From Octopus vulgaris (taxonomy: Eukaryota), in the NCBI GenBank assembly GCA_951406725.2, contig OX597839.1, forward strand, positions 30,008,001 through 30,072,000: 64,000 nucleotides of DNA. The letters are read 5' to 3'. The notes under the pieces were generated by a model, which saw only the letters and a program-made list of their open reading frames with translations, was not told the origin of the DNA and did no database searches. How positions within the stretch are numbered: position 1 is the first letter of the stretch; each line of letters begins with the position of its first letter. Both the position numbers and the translations under genes were made by a program. This document shows positions 1 through 12,806 of the stretch, in pieces.

Positions 1-708
1 AAGCTACTTGCTGCAAGCTGTGTTATCTCTTCTATCAACAACATACATGCTTGTTCCACACTTCAAGGAGCTTGTGGAATAAGGGATCCCTTATTTTAAG
101 AACAAGTAAGGGTTAATGACAGAAAGTGCACTGGCAGTAAAACACTGTCCCAATAACATATTCATCTAACCTATGCTAGCATGGAAAAAATGTAAGTAAA
201 ATGAATGGGTGATAGCCAAGTACACTTAATATTTCATGTAAATGGCTGAGCTTGCAAAAAAAAGGGCAAAATAAAGAGAAAAATGGCATGCTAATGTTGA
301 CTCTTCTGGATCTTATACTGAATCAACAAAGTTTATGTATAGTGACTTCAAGGATGAGAATTTCAAGTGCATAAGAAGCTTTCTCTTAATGCTTTTAGAA
401 CAGGAATTGGAGGCAGAGTTTTGCATTAAGATATAAAACAAACTTTGGAATGTAAACTAATCAACATGTAACTTTAAAGAAAAAAGGCAGAATTAGAAAA
501 AAAAAGTACTTAATTTCTAGCTCTATTTAATCTAATTAAGGAGATAACTCACACAAGCACAGGAATAGATTAATGTAACCAATTCACCATGTTAAAAATT
601 AAAAAGAAAGCAAAGATTGTCAAAGCATGAACAGAACACCATCAAAGCGTCTATCAAGGGTTAAATTTAGATTAATGCAATACAAGCTTTTATCTGAAAT
701 TAGTTTAA

Positions 709-919
709 CCCTTTAGCATTTAAGTTGACCATATCCAGCCAAAATATTTTACATGGTTTCATGTTCAAACTGGCCGGATTTGGTCTCTCATGCACACCCT
801 ACAATGTCATTCTGAAAATAAACAATCACATCATTGAAATCTCAAGGTTACAAGATGATGTGCTATCATTTTCAAACAATATGCATCATATTTGACAGGA
901 AATTCTGAATGCTAAACGG
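709..919. mobile_element. piggyBac-type non-autonomous MITE
   Basis: TTAA on both sides (705-708, 920-923); TIRs CCCTTTAGCATT...AATGCTAAACGG; a homologous copy lies at 6638-6842. Confidence 0.75.
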
Positions 920-1049
920 TTAATAGTTAAACGAAAAATTAATCCTAATCAATGCAAAATAAAAGCATTTCAATTAATGAAAACTTACACGAATATCAAT
1001 CTGAAGAACAGTGTCAAACGAAATCTATATCTTTATAAATATAAATATT

Positions 1050-1262
1050 GGTTTCAGATTTTGGCACAAGGCCAACAGTTTCAGAGGAGGAGGAGGTAAG
1101 TCTACAGCATCAACCCCAATGCTCAACTGCTACTTATTTTATCGACACTGAAAGGATGAGAAGCAAAGTCTAACTTGCCGGAATTTGAACTCAGAACATA
1201 AAGAGAGATGAATTGCTGCTGAGCATTTTGCCTAGTGTGCCAATGATTCTGCCAGCTCAATG
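1050..1262 (-). mobile_element. tRNA-derived SINE with Nin/Deu-like central domain
   Basis: Reverse strand has a B-box-like GAGTTCAAATTCC and a core CATCCTTTCAGTGTCGATAAAATAAGTA. Related copies at ~14505-14630 (+), 42360-42578 (-), 42785-43080 (-, tandem fragments) and 43920-44045 (+). Confidence 0.6.
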
Positions 1263-1829
1263 CCTGATAATAATAAATTACATTTGCTGAACACATGCTG
1301 GCATAGAAAAAGGGATATAAAACAAAGGAATATATGCATCATCATCGTCAATGTTTTAACTTCCACTTTTTCATGCATGCAAGGATCGGATACAATTTCT
1401 GTGGCTGGGTACCCTTTCTGTTGACACAAAATCATCTGTTTCCAAGCAAGGTAATATTTCCCTGCAGTTTGACAAGTTGTTGCAGAAAATTAGAAATGAC
1501 CAACACCATTTGTATGACAGTGACACATGGAATCAAGACACACATACACACACACAATGGCTTCTTTTAACTTCATCAAACAACTCCACTCACAAGCTTT
1601 TGGCTGCCCTGTGGCTATTGTACAAGACACTTGATGTGCCATACAGTGCAAATGAACCAAAAAACCATGTAACTTCTTACCACATAGCCACACTGTGTGA
1701 AGATATTATAATTAAATATTTTCACAATATATTTTATACTTCTGCCTTTTACATTGTTACAATGACATGGAAGTGGTTTTTATTTTTGGGGGGTTTTTTA
1801 AGACATATCTTATAAAAGATATCTGTGCA

Positions 1830-2500
1830 GAAGGACAAAGGTTTAGGTCTTTGGTCTTCCCTGTCCTGCTCTATAGTTGTGAAACTTGAACACTGTCTGA
1901 GAACCTCAAGAACTGCCTGAACTCCTTTGGTATCAGAACGCTTCACAGGATTATGGCTTTACCACTGGTCAAATTTCGTATCCAACCAACAACTCAGAAA
2001 CTGGGATGCATTCTGTTACTTGTATAATTTGGTGGCCCCAGTTCAGACTGTTTGGCCAGGTTATTCAATTTTCCAACCCGCTTACTATGTTCTTTTCATT
2101 GGGGATCTGGCTGGGTTGACAACTTGAGTTGGCTGACCACATTCCACATGGTCATGACAGATGAATTATTTCGGAGATGGAATCTGACTGAGACTCTGCC
2201 CAACAGGTTGCCAAGGAGGACCAAGGAGTATACTGACAAATGGTCAATACAGCAATGTGCTGCTGCAACAACATATAGCTCCATATCTGATCTGACCTCA
2301 GAAGACAAAGAGCAGCGGTCACAGCTTGAGGCCAATGGAAAGAGAAGAAACTATCTTCACACTTTATGACCTGGCTCAAATGCCTGAAACAAAGTATTCA
2401 CTGCTAATAGTATCCAAGAAACAGTGCAGTTGAATCAAGTGACTGATGAAGCCTACCACCCAAGGACAAGAACTGAACTTCTAACAGTATTTCACATAGC
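1830..2500 (+). mobile_element. Decayed LINE 3' fragment (RTE-like)
   Basis: Fragmented reading frames resembling a LINE ORF2 C-terminus (W.GH...RLPRRTKEYTD), with many disablements. Confidence 0.35.
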
Positions 2501-2828
2501 TTTCAGACACAAGGCTATGCTTGATCCTAGGCTATGGGTGAGGAAACTTCCTCATGATACTGTGTTGTAGATCAAAACCCAAAGCAACTTCCTTAACCAT
2601 ACAGCCATGCCTAACCCTATTAAGTTGGAAGACTGTATACTCTAATACATGTCAATTTATGAGAGGTAAGCAGGAATTACATAACCCAAAACATGATGAA
2701 AGAAAACTAGCAGTTATGATTAATATTTTTCAGCACTGAATATTTAGTAATTAATATTAGCTTCACTACTTGAATACACACACACACATATATATATATC
2801 CATCCACAATCTTCATAACAACACTTAC

Positions 2829-2986
2829 CCCATCGTTCTCGAGAGCAAGCTTTCCTCCAATCACCTTCATCATCATCTAGTGATTTTTTATCACGCCAAT
2901 TCTCATTGCTGAATGATCTGGAATATTCTTTAGCTGGATGGGCAGAGTCCTCAAAGCTTCTAGCTGAATAACTACGTTCATACCGT
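2829..2986 (-). CDS. GIGYF2: GIGYF1/2-family coding exon; gene continues beyond the left edge of the window
   Basis: tttttctcacag|A CGG TAT...CGA TGG G|gtaagt, 158 nt, phase 2 to 1. Encodes RYERSYSARSFEDSAHPAKEYSRSFSNENWRDKKSLDDDEGDWRKACSRERW, resembling RSESENWR...EDEDGGWR...ERW. Confidence 0.9.
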
Positions 2987-4225
2987 CTGTGAGAAAAAAA
3001 AGGGAAACTACATTTTCTATAGATTATTTATCTATTACTGATCATTAAAGATGGTAAGAAATGAGATGACAATTTGTTCTATATAGATTTATTTATGAAA
3101 AAAATTATTTTACTGAATAGTTTATAGACACACGAGTTATATGAGAGCTTTAATCATTACTTCAGGATACAAGTTATGACAATTCTCTCTTTTCCAAGTC
3201 AAAATTCAATTTTTTTTAATTAGAAATTTTGGTGCGGTGAAATATCACATCAAGTCTTCAGTTGAAAATAAAAGCACACATGCACACAAACATTAAAGAA
3301 GTTATTCCATTTCAATGAACAATATGATGGTTTGCTAACTGAAAAGCAGTGACTTGTGGTTTACAGTTTTGGACGAGACCACATTTGCACCAAATTCACC
3401 TGAGACAGAGAACATAAGAGCATGCATAAAAATAAAATAAATCCTTTCAGTGAGATTGAATAACAGTTTTTACAAGAAACATAATCAGTTGACTCTCTTC
3501 ATTATTTACTGAATGATGACTTAATATCAGACAGAACTGAAGGATGTAATAAAGCAGTCAGTATTCTGGATATAGACCCAGAATACAAGTTATGGGCTAA
3601 CTCATTGCTTATTTCAGTGGTTTTCAACCAGGGTCTATATGGCCCTTAGGGATCCATATAAGATTAGATTTTGTTGATGTTAGGAAGGGCATCCACCCAA
3701 AGAAACCATGACAAACAAGACTGGAACTTGGTGCAGCTCTCTAGCTTACCAGTTCCAGTCAAACCATGTAACCCGTGCTAGCATGGAAAGCAGATGCTAA
3801 ACGATGATGATGAAGAGTTTATCTCCAATAAATTGGTTATACTTCCACAAAACACAAAGTATTTTTAATAATTATTTTTATACAATTCCGAATTAATATT
3901 TAATTTTAAAAATATAATAGGCTAGGAAAGTTCACCCAAGTAAAATAAGAAACAAAGGGGGTCCAAAGGTAAAACAAAATGGTTGAGAAACACTATCATT
4001 TGTTAGAGTTGATGGTTTATATGAACACAAATATATTGCCAAGTGGGCAAAATTAAATACTGTACAGTACTTACAGAGTAACAGTTCTTCCAAAAGATAC
4101 AAAAACCAAAATAAAGCCAAATTCAACAAAATATGGGAAGAAACATTTTGATCATATGACAGCAAGCACGAAACATTAATACATATATTGGTGCAAATAT
4201 ATAGGAAACAATGTTGGATTCAATA

Positions 4226-5405
4226 TGCAAGGTGTGTCATAAGATTTGTTTGAGGCCACCTCTTTCAAGAGCTCTAACTTTCTTCCAACTTTGTTTTTTT
4301 TTTAGCTTACTTTTCAGATAATGTCAGGCATCAGGTTGACTCAGCATTGTCTTAAAAAGTGTAGCATAGAGATAGAGAGATAGCTCACTTCCTGAAAGTT
4401 GCATGATCCTTCATTGTCAAAGTTCGAAAGGAGCTGGAAGCTGCTGACAGGGATCCAACATCAGCAGCTAAATGCAAAATGCATGCAAAGGGTACTAATT
4501 CCTTCAGAACACATAACTTTGTACAAAATGCTCAAGAAATAATCAATAAAAACTCCATAAAGTTAATTCGACCCATTGCAAAGGACCTGAAAATTTCAGA
4601 AGTGTTGTGCATGACGACATCTGGTATAAGTTCTATGTGATGCAAAGGTCAGTTTATGTCGGATGTGACAAGAGAGAATTGTTCAATCTGAGCAGAGTGC
4701 TTTCCAAACAAGTTAGAACACCAAGAGGTTGGAATTCTTTGGTTTTCCTTTGATGAGAAGAACTCATCAAAGGCAAACCAAATGGATGACAGATGGTTAT
4801 GCTGAGACTTGAATGAGGTTCCAGATGGTTCTGAGAGTCCTCAGCAACATGGGAGATGTCATGCCTCCTCGCTTTGAGTTCACTGGGCTTAAGAGTCAAT
4901 ACCATCATCTACACAGAGGTATTGGACAAAGTTGTGAGGCCCTGAATAGACAGAGTGTGCAAGAGAAGACTACATTTTCCAAGAAGATTCTGTACAGTCT
5001 CATAAAGCTACAACCCAAGCATGAATGCATGCCAATCTCTATGATCAAATTCTCCCAGACACAACCTTTTAGCTCACCAGATGGGACATGGTCAACAAAG
5101 GGGTTTATCAACACCCCCATAACACCAGACAATGTCTGAAGTCTACCATAACCAGCACTATATCCAAAATTGATAAAGATCATCTGATTCAGGTATATCA
5201 ATGCTTTTGACTCCATATTGAAGTAGCCATTGATGCTAACTGTGGATTCATTGAATAAGTGTGATAAAAGAATTCCCAAGAATATTTGTGCCAATTTGTT
5301 TTTAAATACAACTTTTCTTTGATGAGCTATGCACCTTTTTCTAAATTCATACAAATAACTTTAAAAAAATTGATGCATTTTGTATTATTTGAATTACAAA
5401 CCTGT
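4226..5405 (+). mobile_element. Decayed Tc1/mariner transposon, copy A
   Basis: Homologous to the inverted copy at ~28100-29080; transposase-like remnants (SSPD) and a degenerate TA-flanked end (acaaacctgta). Confidence 0.6.
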
Positions 5406-5864
5406 AAGTGTAATAAATATAGGAGGACATAAACAACTGTAGTCTAATATTCCACAAAATATTTTCATTAATTGAGATGTATTGCTGGACCAACTGATTT
5501 AACTTAAATTTGTTTCAATTTTTGAATGACATTATATTTTGATATCAAGTGAGAGAATAGAAAGTGAACCACTCCAGATACAAAACTTTTCCATTCTCTA
5601 AATCATCATCATAACCATTTAACGTCCATTTTCAATGCCAGTATGAATTGCAGTTTGACAGGAGCTGGCAAGCCAGAGAGCTGAATAAAAGCATCAAATG
5701 TCTGTTTTGTCAAGGTTTCTACAGCTGGATGCCCTTCCTAATGCCAGCCACTTTACAGAGTGGACTGGAAGTAAATGTATATTTTTTAAAAACATTCTTA
5801 TGCCTCCCATGCTTTGTTTAACAAGAGAAATAGAAAGACTAAGATGAAGTAGATCAAACCTTAC

Positions 5865-5964
5865 CTATCATCCCAGTTTTCTCGACTTCTATTCCGGGTA
5901 AAACTACTTGTTTCACCATCATCATATGACAGTCTTTGACCAAAACCCTCTGCTCGACCACGAC
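5865..5964 (-). CDS. GIGYF2: GIGYF1/2-family coding exon
   Basis: tttatcctgtag|GT CGT GGT...GAT GAT AG|gtaagg, 100 nt, phase 1 to 2. Encodes (G)RGRAEGFGQRLSYDDGETSSFTRNRSRENWDD(R), resembling GRGRGECGFYQRSFD...SQSWEER. Confidence 0.9.
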
Positions 5965-6637
5965 CTACAGGATAAAAAAAATCCAATTAAAAGGAATAAT
6001 AATGACATAAAAGGCAATCAATTCCTTGCATTTCAAAGTACAAAGTTTTGGATGTATAGGGAACAGATAAGGAGGAATAGATTAGATAAAACAGAGTAGT
6101 TTAAGAGTGACATAAACTCCTCAAATCATCGAGTTTAATTTTAATAAAGAACTCACCTTCAATTCTAGTAGTCTTGTCAATGTTGGAGAAATTAGCCATA
6201 TTACATTTCATGAATACATAACATACTAAGTCAATCATTATTAGAAACTGAACAACAACAAAAAACACATTGAGACTCTGATCTTTTGCATATTGGAAAC
6301 CTGTATTAACAGCTCTTTTGCCATTTCAGTTATATCTATTCATGACCTTAATTCACTTCTGTTTTTTTTCGGTTAAATAAAAAAAAAAACAGTAAATAAA
6401 GTGTTGATTGACACGAAAATATATAAGACTAATGAATACCATTTAGAAACATGCAGGAGAAAATTGCAGAGGCATTTAGTCTTGAGTCTCAACTCCAGTG
6501 CCAGTATTTGTTTGTTTAATGTATTTTGTTCCAGGTTCAACAGAGACTTATTTGAGGCAGAACTTTACTAGTTGATGTTTTTCAAGTAAGAGATTTGAAT
6601 TCACAAGTTTTCAAAAGTGTATAGAAACAAGCCTTAA

Positions 6638-6842
6638 CCTTTTAGCATTTAAACCAGCCATATCCGGGCCCTGAATGTTTTATCTGCCAAATCTGGCCAA
6701 GCACACCTACCCTACAATGTCATTATAGAAATGAAGAATCACATTATTGAAATCTCAAAGCTACAAGATAATATGTGATTAAATGAAAATATTGTGAATA
6801 AATAAGCAATGCATTTGACAGAATAATGTGAATGCTAAACAG
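6638..6842. mobile_element. piggyBac-type MITE, second copy
   Basis: TTAA|CCTTTTAGCATT...AATGCTAAACAG|TTAA; the internal sequence (cctacaatgtcatt...gaaatctcaa) matches the 709-919 copy. Confidence 0.75.
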
Positions 6843-7874
6843 TTAATGTCAACAAGGAATGTAAACATCATCTCACTGCTTCACTCAAACAGTGACAAGC
6901 AAAGATATGAAATGTTAGCATTCATACACACAAACACACGATAGACTTGCACACAAGTTTCCTTCTACCAAATACACTCACAAGGAACTGGGTTTTAGTA
7001 GAAGATGCTTGCTAAGATGTTGGATATTTGGCCTTGTGACTGGCACAGTCTTATTAGATTTTGGGATCGATCCGGTACAGGAATAGGATTCTGGATTATT
7101 CTTTAATCTTTTCTTTTGTAAAGTTTCACATGGTTCTCTTGTACACACATACACTCACACATTTTCAGCAGTGAACATTACCATCACATTTCCATTGTAC
7201 ATACACACACATACATGCAAGCAAACATACCTTTCTTTTACACACACACACACACACATACACCTCAAACGCCATTCCTCAGCTTTTTCACTTCCTTCAT
7301 TATTCATCTATCACCCCTTCCTTTCTCTCTCTCTGCCACTTTGTTTCCTCTTTCTCATTGTCATTATTTTCTCTTCCTCTCACTCATGGCTATTACTCTC
7401 ATTACTTCATTATTAGTATTTCATCTCCTTTCCCTCTCACTCAATTTGTATTAGCAGATGTTACAGATACATATTTTTCCGACCACGATACAGTATGCAT
7501 TTCATTACAATTATAATTATGTTCAATTGCATTTCTCTCCCAAAGTTCCTGTTCCATTTCAACAAATGTTTCCAAAACTTTTACACAGTGATTCCCAAAG
7601 ACTTTTCAACGTGTGCGCTCAAGTCATGCAAATATTTTCGTTAGCCAGATGATACACACACAGCATCATAAACACGTGCCTGCACACCCACTTGCACATT
7701 CTATGACTCCCACTGGGATCAATCACATATCAGACAAGGTATATGGATTATTTTTCTGCTTGAAAATGATTGGGTTCATTTTGAGGATTCTCATTTGTGA
7801 GAGCAGTCGATTTTATTTCAGATATTTTCATTTTAAAAATCATCTCCGGTTAATGTATCAACCCCACTCAACTG

Positions 7875-8031
7875 CTGGTCACAATGGTTTCCCAGTAATC
7901 CTTCTCAAATCATGTAAGCATGCCCTGGCAAAACCCCTCCAGATTTTCTTCCAGAGCTTTCTTGCAAATGGCAGGCTGCAAGGAAGCTGAAGGGGGGGAA
8001 TAAATGTGTCCAATCCATAAAAGGGGAAGCA
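7875..8031 (+). mobile_element. CR1-like LINE RT fragment
   Basis: GFPVILLKSCKHALAKPLQIFF, homologous to 10548-10692. Confidence 0.6.
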
Positions 8032-8140
8032 ATATATAGATATAAATATATACATACATATATATATATATATATATACATACATACACATATATACATA
8101 CATACATATACATACACATATGTATATACACACACATATA

Positions 8141-8311
8141 GGCGCAGGAGTGGCTGTGTGGTAAGTAGCTTGCTAACCAACCACATGGTTCCGGGTTCAG
8201 TCCCACTGCGTGGCATCTTGAGCAAGTGTCTTCTGCTATAGCTCCAGGCCGACCAATGCCTTGTGAGTGGATTTGGTAGACGGAAACTGAAAGAAGCCTG
8301 TCGTATATATG

Positions 8312-8346
<35 letters not shown>

Positions 8347-8560
8347 TTGTGTGTCTGTGTTTGTCCCCCTAGCATTGCTTGACAACCGATGCTGGTGTGT
8401 TTACGTCCCCATCACTTAGCGGTTCGGCAAAAAGAGACCGATAGAATAAGTACTGGGCTTACAAAGAATAAGTCCCGGGTTCGAGTTGCTCGACTAAAGG
8501 CGGTGCTCCAGCATGGCCACAGTCAAATGACTGAAACAAGTAAAAGAGTAAAAAGAGTAT
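8141..8560 (+). mobile_element. tRNA-derived SINE with internal (TA)n/(TG)n
   Basis: A-box-like TGGCTGTGTGG and B-box-like GGTTCAGTCCC, then a cttgagcaagtgtctt core and a short-repeat tail (gtaaaaga)n; embedded in (TA)n. Confidence 0.75.
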
Positions 8561-8609
8561 ATATATATACATATATATATATATATACAAATCAAAAATC
8601 AAAATCAAT

Positions 8610-9143
8610 TCAATGACTGGCGTCCATGCTAGCGGGGTACAAAGAGCACCATATGAGTGTGATTATTGACAGAGGGGCTAACTGGCTTCTGTGCCAGTGG
8701 CACTTAAAAGGCACCATTCGAGTGTGACTGTTACCAGCGTCGCACTACTGGCACTTGAGGAGCCCCATGCTAGTAGGGTATTAAGAGCACCATCCGAGCA
8801 TGATTGTTGCCAGAGCGGCTATCTGGCCTCCGTGCCAGTGGTACGTAAAAAACACCATTCGAGCGGGATCATTACCAACATCGCCTTACTGGCACCTGTG
8901 CTGGTGGCATGTGTAAAAAGGATTCGAGCGAGGTTGTTGCCAGTGCTGCCCAACTGGCCCCGTGCCGGTGGAACGTAAAAGCACCCACTACACTCTCAGA
9001 GTGGTTGGCGTTAGGAAGGGCATCCAGCTGTAGAAACTCTGCCAGATCAAGATTGAAGCCTGGTGCAGCCATCTGGTTCGCCAGCCCTCAGCCATACGTC
9101 CAACCCATGCTAGCATGGAAAACGGACGTTAAACAATGATGAT
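8610..9143 (+). mobile_element. RTE LINE 3'UTR with minisatellite and (TGA)n tail
   Basis: Units of ~65-70 bp with a GTGCCRGTGGCAC core, then gtggttggcgttaggaagggcatccagctgtagaaac...ccatgctagcatggaaaacggacgttaaacaatgatgat; the same tail ends the RTE at 24493. Confidence 0.75.
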
Positions 9144-9229
9144 ACACATATATATACACACACGTATATATACATATACATATATATACGCATATATATA
9201 TATTTGGGGGCCTGTTGCATCATAATAAA

Positions 9230-10905
9230 AGCAAAATTTCTTTCCTGAGAGATCTTACTGCATGCAATCTAGCCCTATGAAGAGCACTCGTAGAAACTCA
9301 CCTCAACCCTGATATAGAGGATGCAGAAATACATGTACCAAACTATGCCATACTGCAAACAGACAGAAGGGAAAGGAGCCATGGTGGAGTTGCTGTATAC
9401 ATCCGTGACAACCTCACACACTCTAATTGTATACATTAATTGTATACGTAAGACAACATAATATAGTCATATGCAATAGATATTGCCCACCAGATGCTCC
9501 AAACCACATAGGCAAGTTTAAAGATTGCCTCACAAGAATTCAAGTAATCCTCATGAAACTGGAACACCACATGACCATATTTCTTATGGGTGATTTCAAC
9601 TTCCCCAACGTCAAATGGCCCGAAGGTCTCATACTCTCAGGAATGACTAATTCAGGTAGAGTCCCAGCTCAACCTCACCAATGCCCTATTCATGGAGCAA
9701 GCTGTACTCAGACCAACTAGGACGAATAACATTCTGGATCTCTGCTTCACAAACAATATGCACATCGTTCATGATGTGAAAGTGCCGCTGACATTAGTCT
9801 CGGATCACAACATAATAGAGCTGTCTATGTTTGGATCGAAAGTAACCAGAGACATACAACCTAAAGGAAGCACCCGAAATCTCTCCAATCTGAACTTCCA
9901 CAAAGCAGACTGGAAATCGATCCAAAAAGAGATCCTCAGAGAGTACTGGCCAAAATGTCTCTCCACACCAGACATTGAAATGAAACTAGAATTTTTCATG
10001 TCTGTTGTGCAAGCCATATGCCAGAAATTTGTCTCAGAGCACAAGGCCAAAACAAACAGGAACAAGATTCCAAGGGAGAGGAAGATCCTCATGAGACGAT
10101 GGACGAAGGTTGCAAATCGCCTCAACCAACATCCCAAAAATAGCAAAAGGTCCCTCCCAGAAACAACACTGATGGAGATTGAAAAAAACCTGCAAAAATC
10201 ATATGTGGGGAGAGAGCAAAGAAGCATGGGTTATAAAAAAACATTAAGTCAAACCCAAAGGCTTTTCATTACACGAAAGAAACAGCCTCAGTACACTGCA
10301 AGATAGGACCCCTCTTCCAAAAGGATGGCACCCTCACATAGAGTCCAACCAGGATCAGTGAGGTACTGAATGACCAATCCAAAAGCCTCTTTACCACTCC
10401 GTTGGAACAGACAAGTGAACAAACCAGTGGATTTCTTTGCCGCCTCGCCTATAACCAGCGATGCAGTTACAATGGAATACATCAACATTAGCAAAGATAT
10501 ACTACTAGCCATCGATGAGATGGACACTAACTCAACTGCTGATCTTGATGGTTTCCCAGCAATGCTCCTCAAATCGTGCACGCGTGCCCTGGCAAAACCC
10601 CTCCAGATTCTCTTCTAGAACTTTCTTGCAAATGACAGGCAAGCAAGCAAGCTGAAGGAGAGAATAATATGCCCAATCCATAAAGGAGGAAGCAGAGCAG
10701 ATGCCAAAAGCTACAGGCCTATCTCTCTTGATTTCACACATCAGCAAAGTCATAAACCAGATAGTCACAGGGAAACTAATCGCATTCCTAGAAGAAAATG
10801 ACTTGCTGAGTGATACCCAGCATGGCTTTCGACCACGTAAAAACTGCCTGACCCAGCTCTTACAACACTATAACTGGGTGTTGAGGCAGTTACTCAACAA
10901 CTCAA
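9230..10905 (+). mobile_element. Decayed CR1/L2-group LINE ORF2 (AP endonuclease and start of RT)
   Basis: Endonuclease motifs ETHL, GGVAVY, MGDFNFPNVKW, PTRTNNILDLCFTN and SDHNII; RT start QHGFRPRKNCLTQLL; multiple frameshifts. Confidence 0.8.
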
Positions 10906-11825
10906 GGTTATAGCCCAACTAATTAGGGAGAGAGTTAGTTTAGACAAGATTCAATTTGGTTTTGTACCAGGAAGAAGCACCACTAATGCTGTATTTCTGG
11001 TAAGACAGCTGCAGGAGAAATACATAGCCAAAGATAAACCACTGTACTTGGCTGACGTTGATATGGAGAAAGCCTTTGACAGGGTCCCCCAATCCCTTCT
11101 CTGGTGGTTAATTTGGAAACTAGGGACAGATGAGTGGTTAGTGAAAGCTGTACAAGCCATGTACAGGGATGCTGTCAGTAAGGTGAGAGTGGGCAACGAG
11201 TATAATGAAGAATTCTGGGTAGAAGTAGAGGTTCACCAAAGATAATTCCTCAGCCCCTCTTATTCATTATAGTCCTCCAGGTAATAACAGACGAATTTAA
11301 GACAGGATGCCACTGGGAGCTCCTCTATACCAATGACCTTGCTCTACTAGCTGAATCACTACCAGAACTAGAGATGAAGTTTCAGGTGTGGAAGCAAGGT
11401 CTAGAATCGAAGAGCCTTAGAGTCAATCTAGCAAAAACCAAAATCTTAGTAAGTAGGAAGGCAGACAAATCACAAATCCCTTCAGGTAGATGGCCTTGCT
11501 CAATCTGTAGAAAAGGTGCAGGTAAAAACCCCATAAGATGTACCCAGTGTAAGCTTTGGACACATAAAAGGTGCAGCAATATCAAAGGAAGGTTAATTGG
11601 GAAGATATTTTTTGTGTGTGGCAGATGCATAGGGGCAATAGACACTGAAGATATGCAGAAAACAGCTTCCGTCACATGCCAGGGAGAAAAACTAGAAGTT
11701 GTTAATAACTTCTGTTACCTAGGTGAGCAAGTCAGTAGCAAGGGTGGATGCTCTGAGAGCATAGCTGCTAGAATAAGAATGGCCTGTGCAAAGTTCAGAG
11801 AGTTCCAACTTCTGCTGATGACAGT
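10906..11825 (+). mobile_element. RTE LINE fragment (RT with PHD finger)
   Basis: QFGFVPG, DMEKAFDRVP, RWPCSICRKG...CTQCKLWTHKRC...CGRC; homologous to 35130-36030. Confidence 0.85.
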
Positions 11826-12697
11826 ACCCAACTGACCCTACTATACTGTGTAGTTGACAAAATCAAAAACAAACACTGCGCATGCACAAATTTTAAAATA
11901 TAAAATGGCGACAATTTATCCATCACACACTGTATATATTTGATTTATATACTTTTCACATATATCTTCTTTTTATCATTTATTTACTTTTAATTTTAAT
12001 TTGTATTGTGAATCAATATTATGTGTGTTTCTGTGCATTTATGTTTGCATATGAATTCCATTTAGCTGATGGTGTATGTATTTCATCTTCTAGTTTTCTT
12101 CAAAAATAAATTCCTGTATTTCATTCTGTTTTACCTCTACCAGTAATTTGCACAATTCTTCTATATGAAAATTTTGTTATAGAACACCCAATTGAATATT
12201 AGCTAATGACTCATTTTCCATGGTGACAGTGAAATAAAAAAATTTAAATAATTTTATATTTTGTTGATTCTGCATTTACCTGTAATTCGATTTTGGGGTT
12301 AAGAGCCTTTTCTTAAGTTGTATTCCAAGTATCACATTAATATGTTAATAAAAAAAGAGAAGTTAAGGTTGCTTTAAGAAATCAGTCTTATGTTACCATT
12401 ATAATAGAATTTAATTGAAACACATAAAGTGCATATCTTGCCTAGAGATAAAGTAATAAAAAAGGTAGTGCCAACATTTCCACCTCTTCCTAAACCATAG
12501 CAAGATATTTTTACATAATGAAACTTCAGATTTATAGGAAAGCAATTGGAAAATGCAATTTAACATTTTCCCAAGCAGAAAATCAAAAAATTTTACTATT
12601 ACACATATTTAGACATCCAAACAATCCAATTTATATATGTGTGTGTGTGTATAAGCTAATGATTTCCAACACAAATACAATGAAGCCAAGCACTTAC

Positions 12698-12806
12698 CTC
12701 TTCCTCGACCTCGTTCCCCTCCTCCTCTGCCTCCCCTTCCACTGCTTCCTCCTCTCCCAGACAATCGAAGAACTGCACAACTGTTCACTGACTGGGACAT
12801 AAGCCG
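12698..12806 (-). CDS. GIGYF2: GIGYF1/2-family coding exon (SVNS motif and RG/RGG-rich segment)
   Basis: tcttttcag|CGG CTT ATG...GGA AGA G|gtaagt, 109 nt, phase 0 to 1. Encodes RLMSQSVNSCAVLRLSGRGGSSGRGGRGGGERGRGR, resembling vertebrate SMSVNSAAVLRLTGRGGG. Confidence 0.93.

Noticed and set aside
989-1000. 12-nt microexon-like segment cag|ATTGATATTCGT|gtaagt on the minus strand
   Set aside because: It creates an immediate TGA in the required phase, has a modest pyrimidine tract and has no other support.
8690-8990. CRISPR-like pattern of palindromic repeats at ~65-70-bp spacing
   Set aside because: The spacers are related to each other, the repeats are degenerate, the array is part of an RTE 3'UTR in animal DNA, and there are no cas genes.
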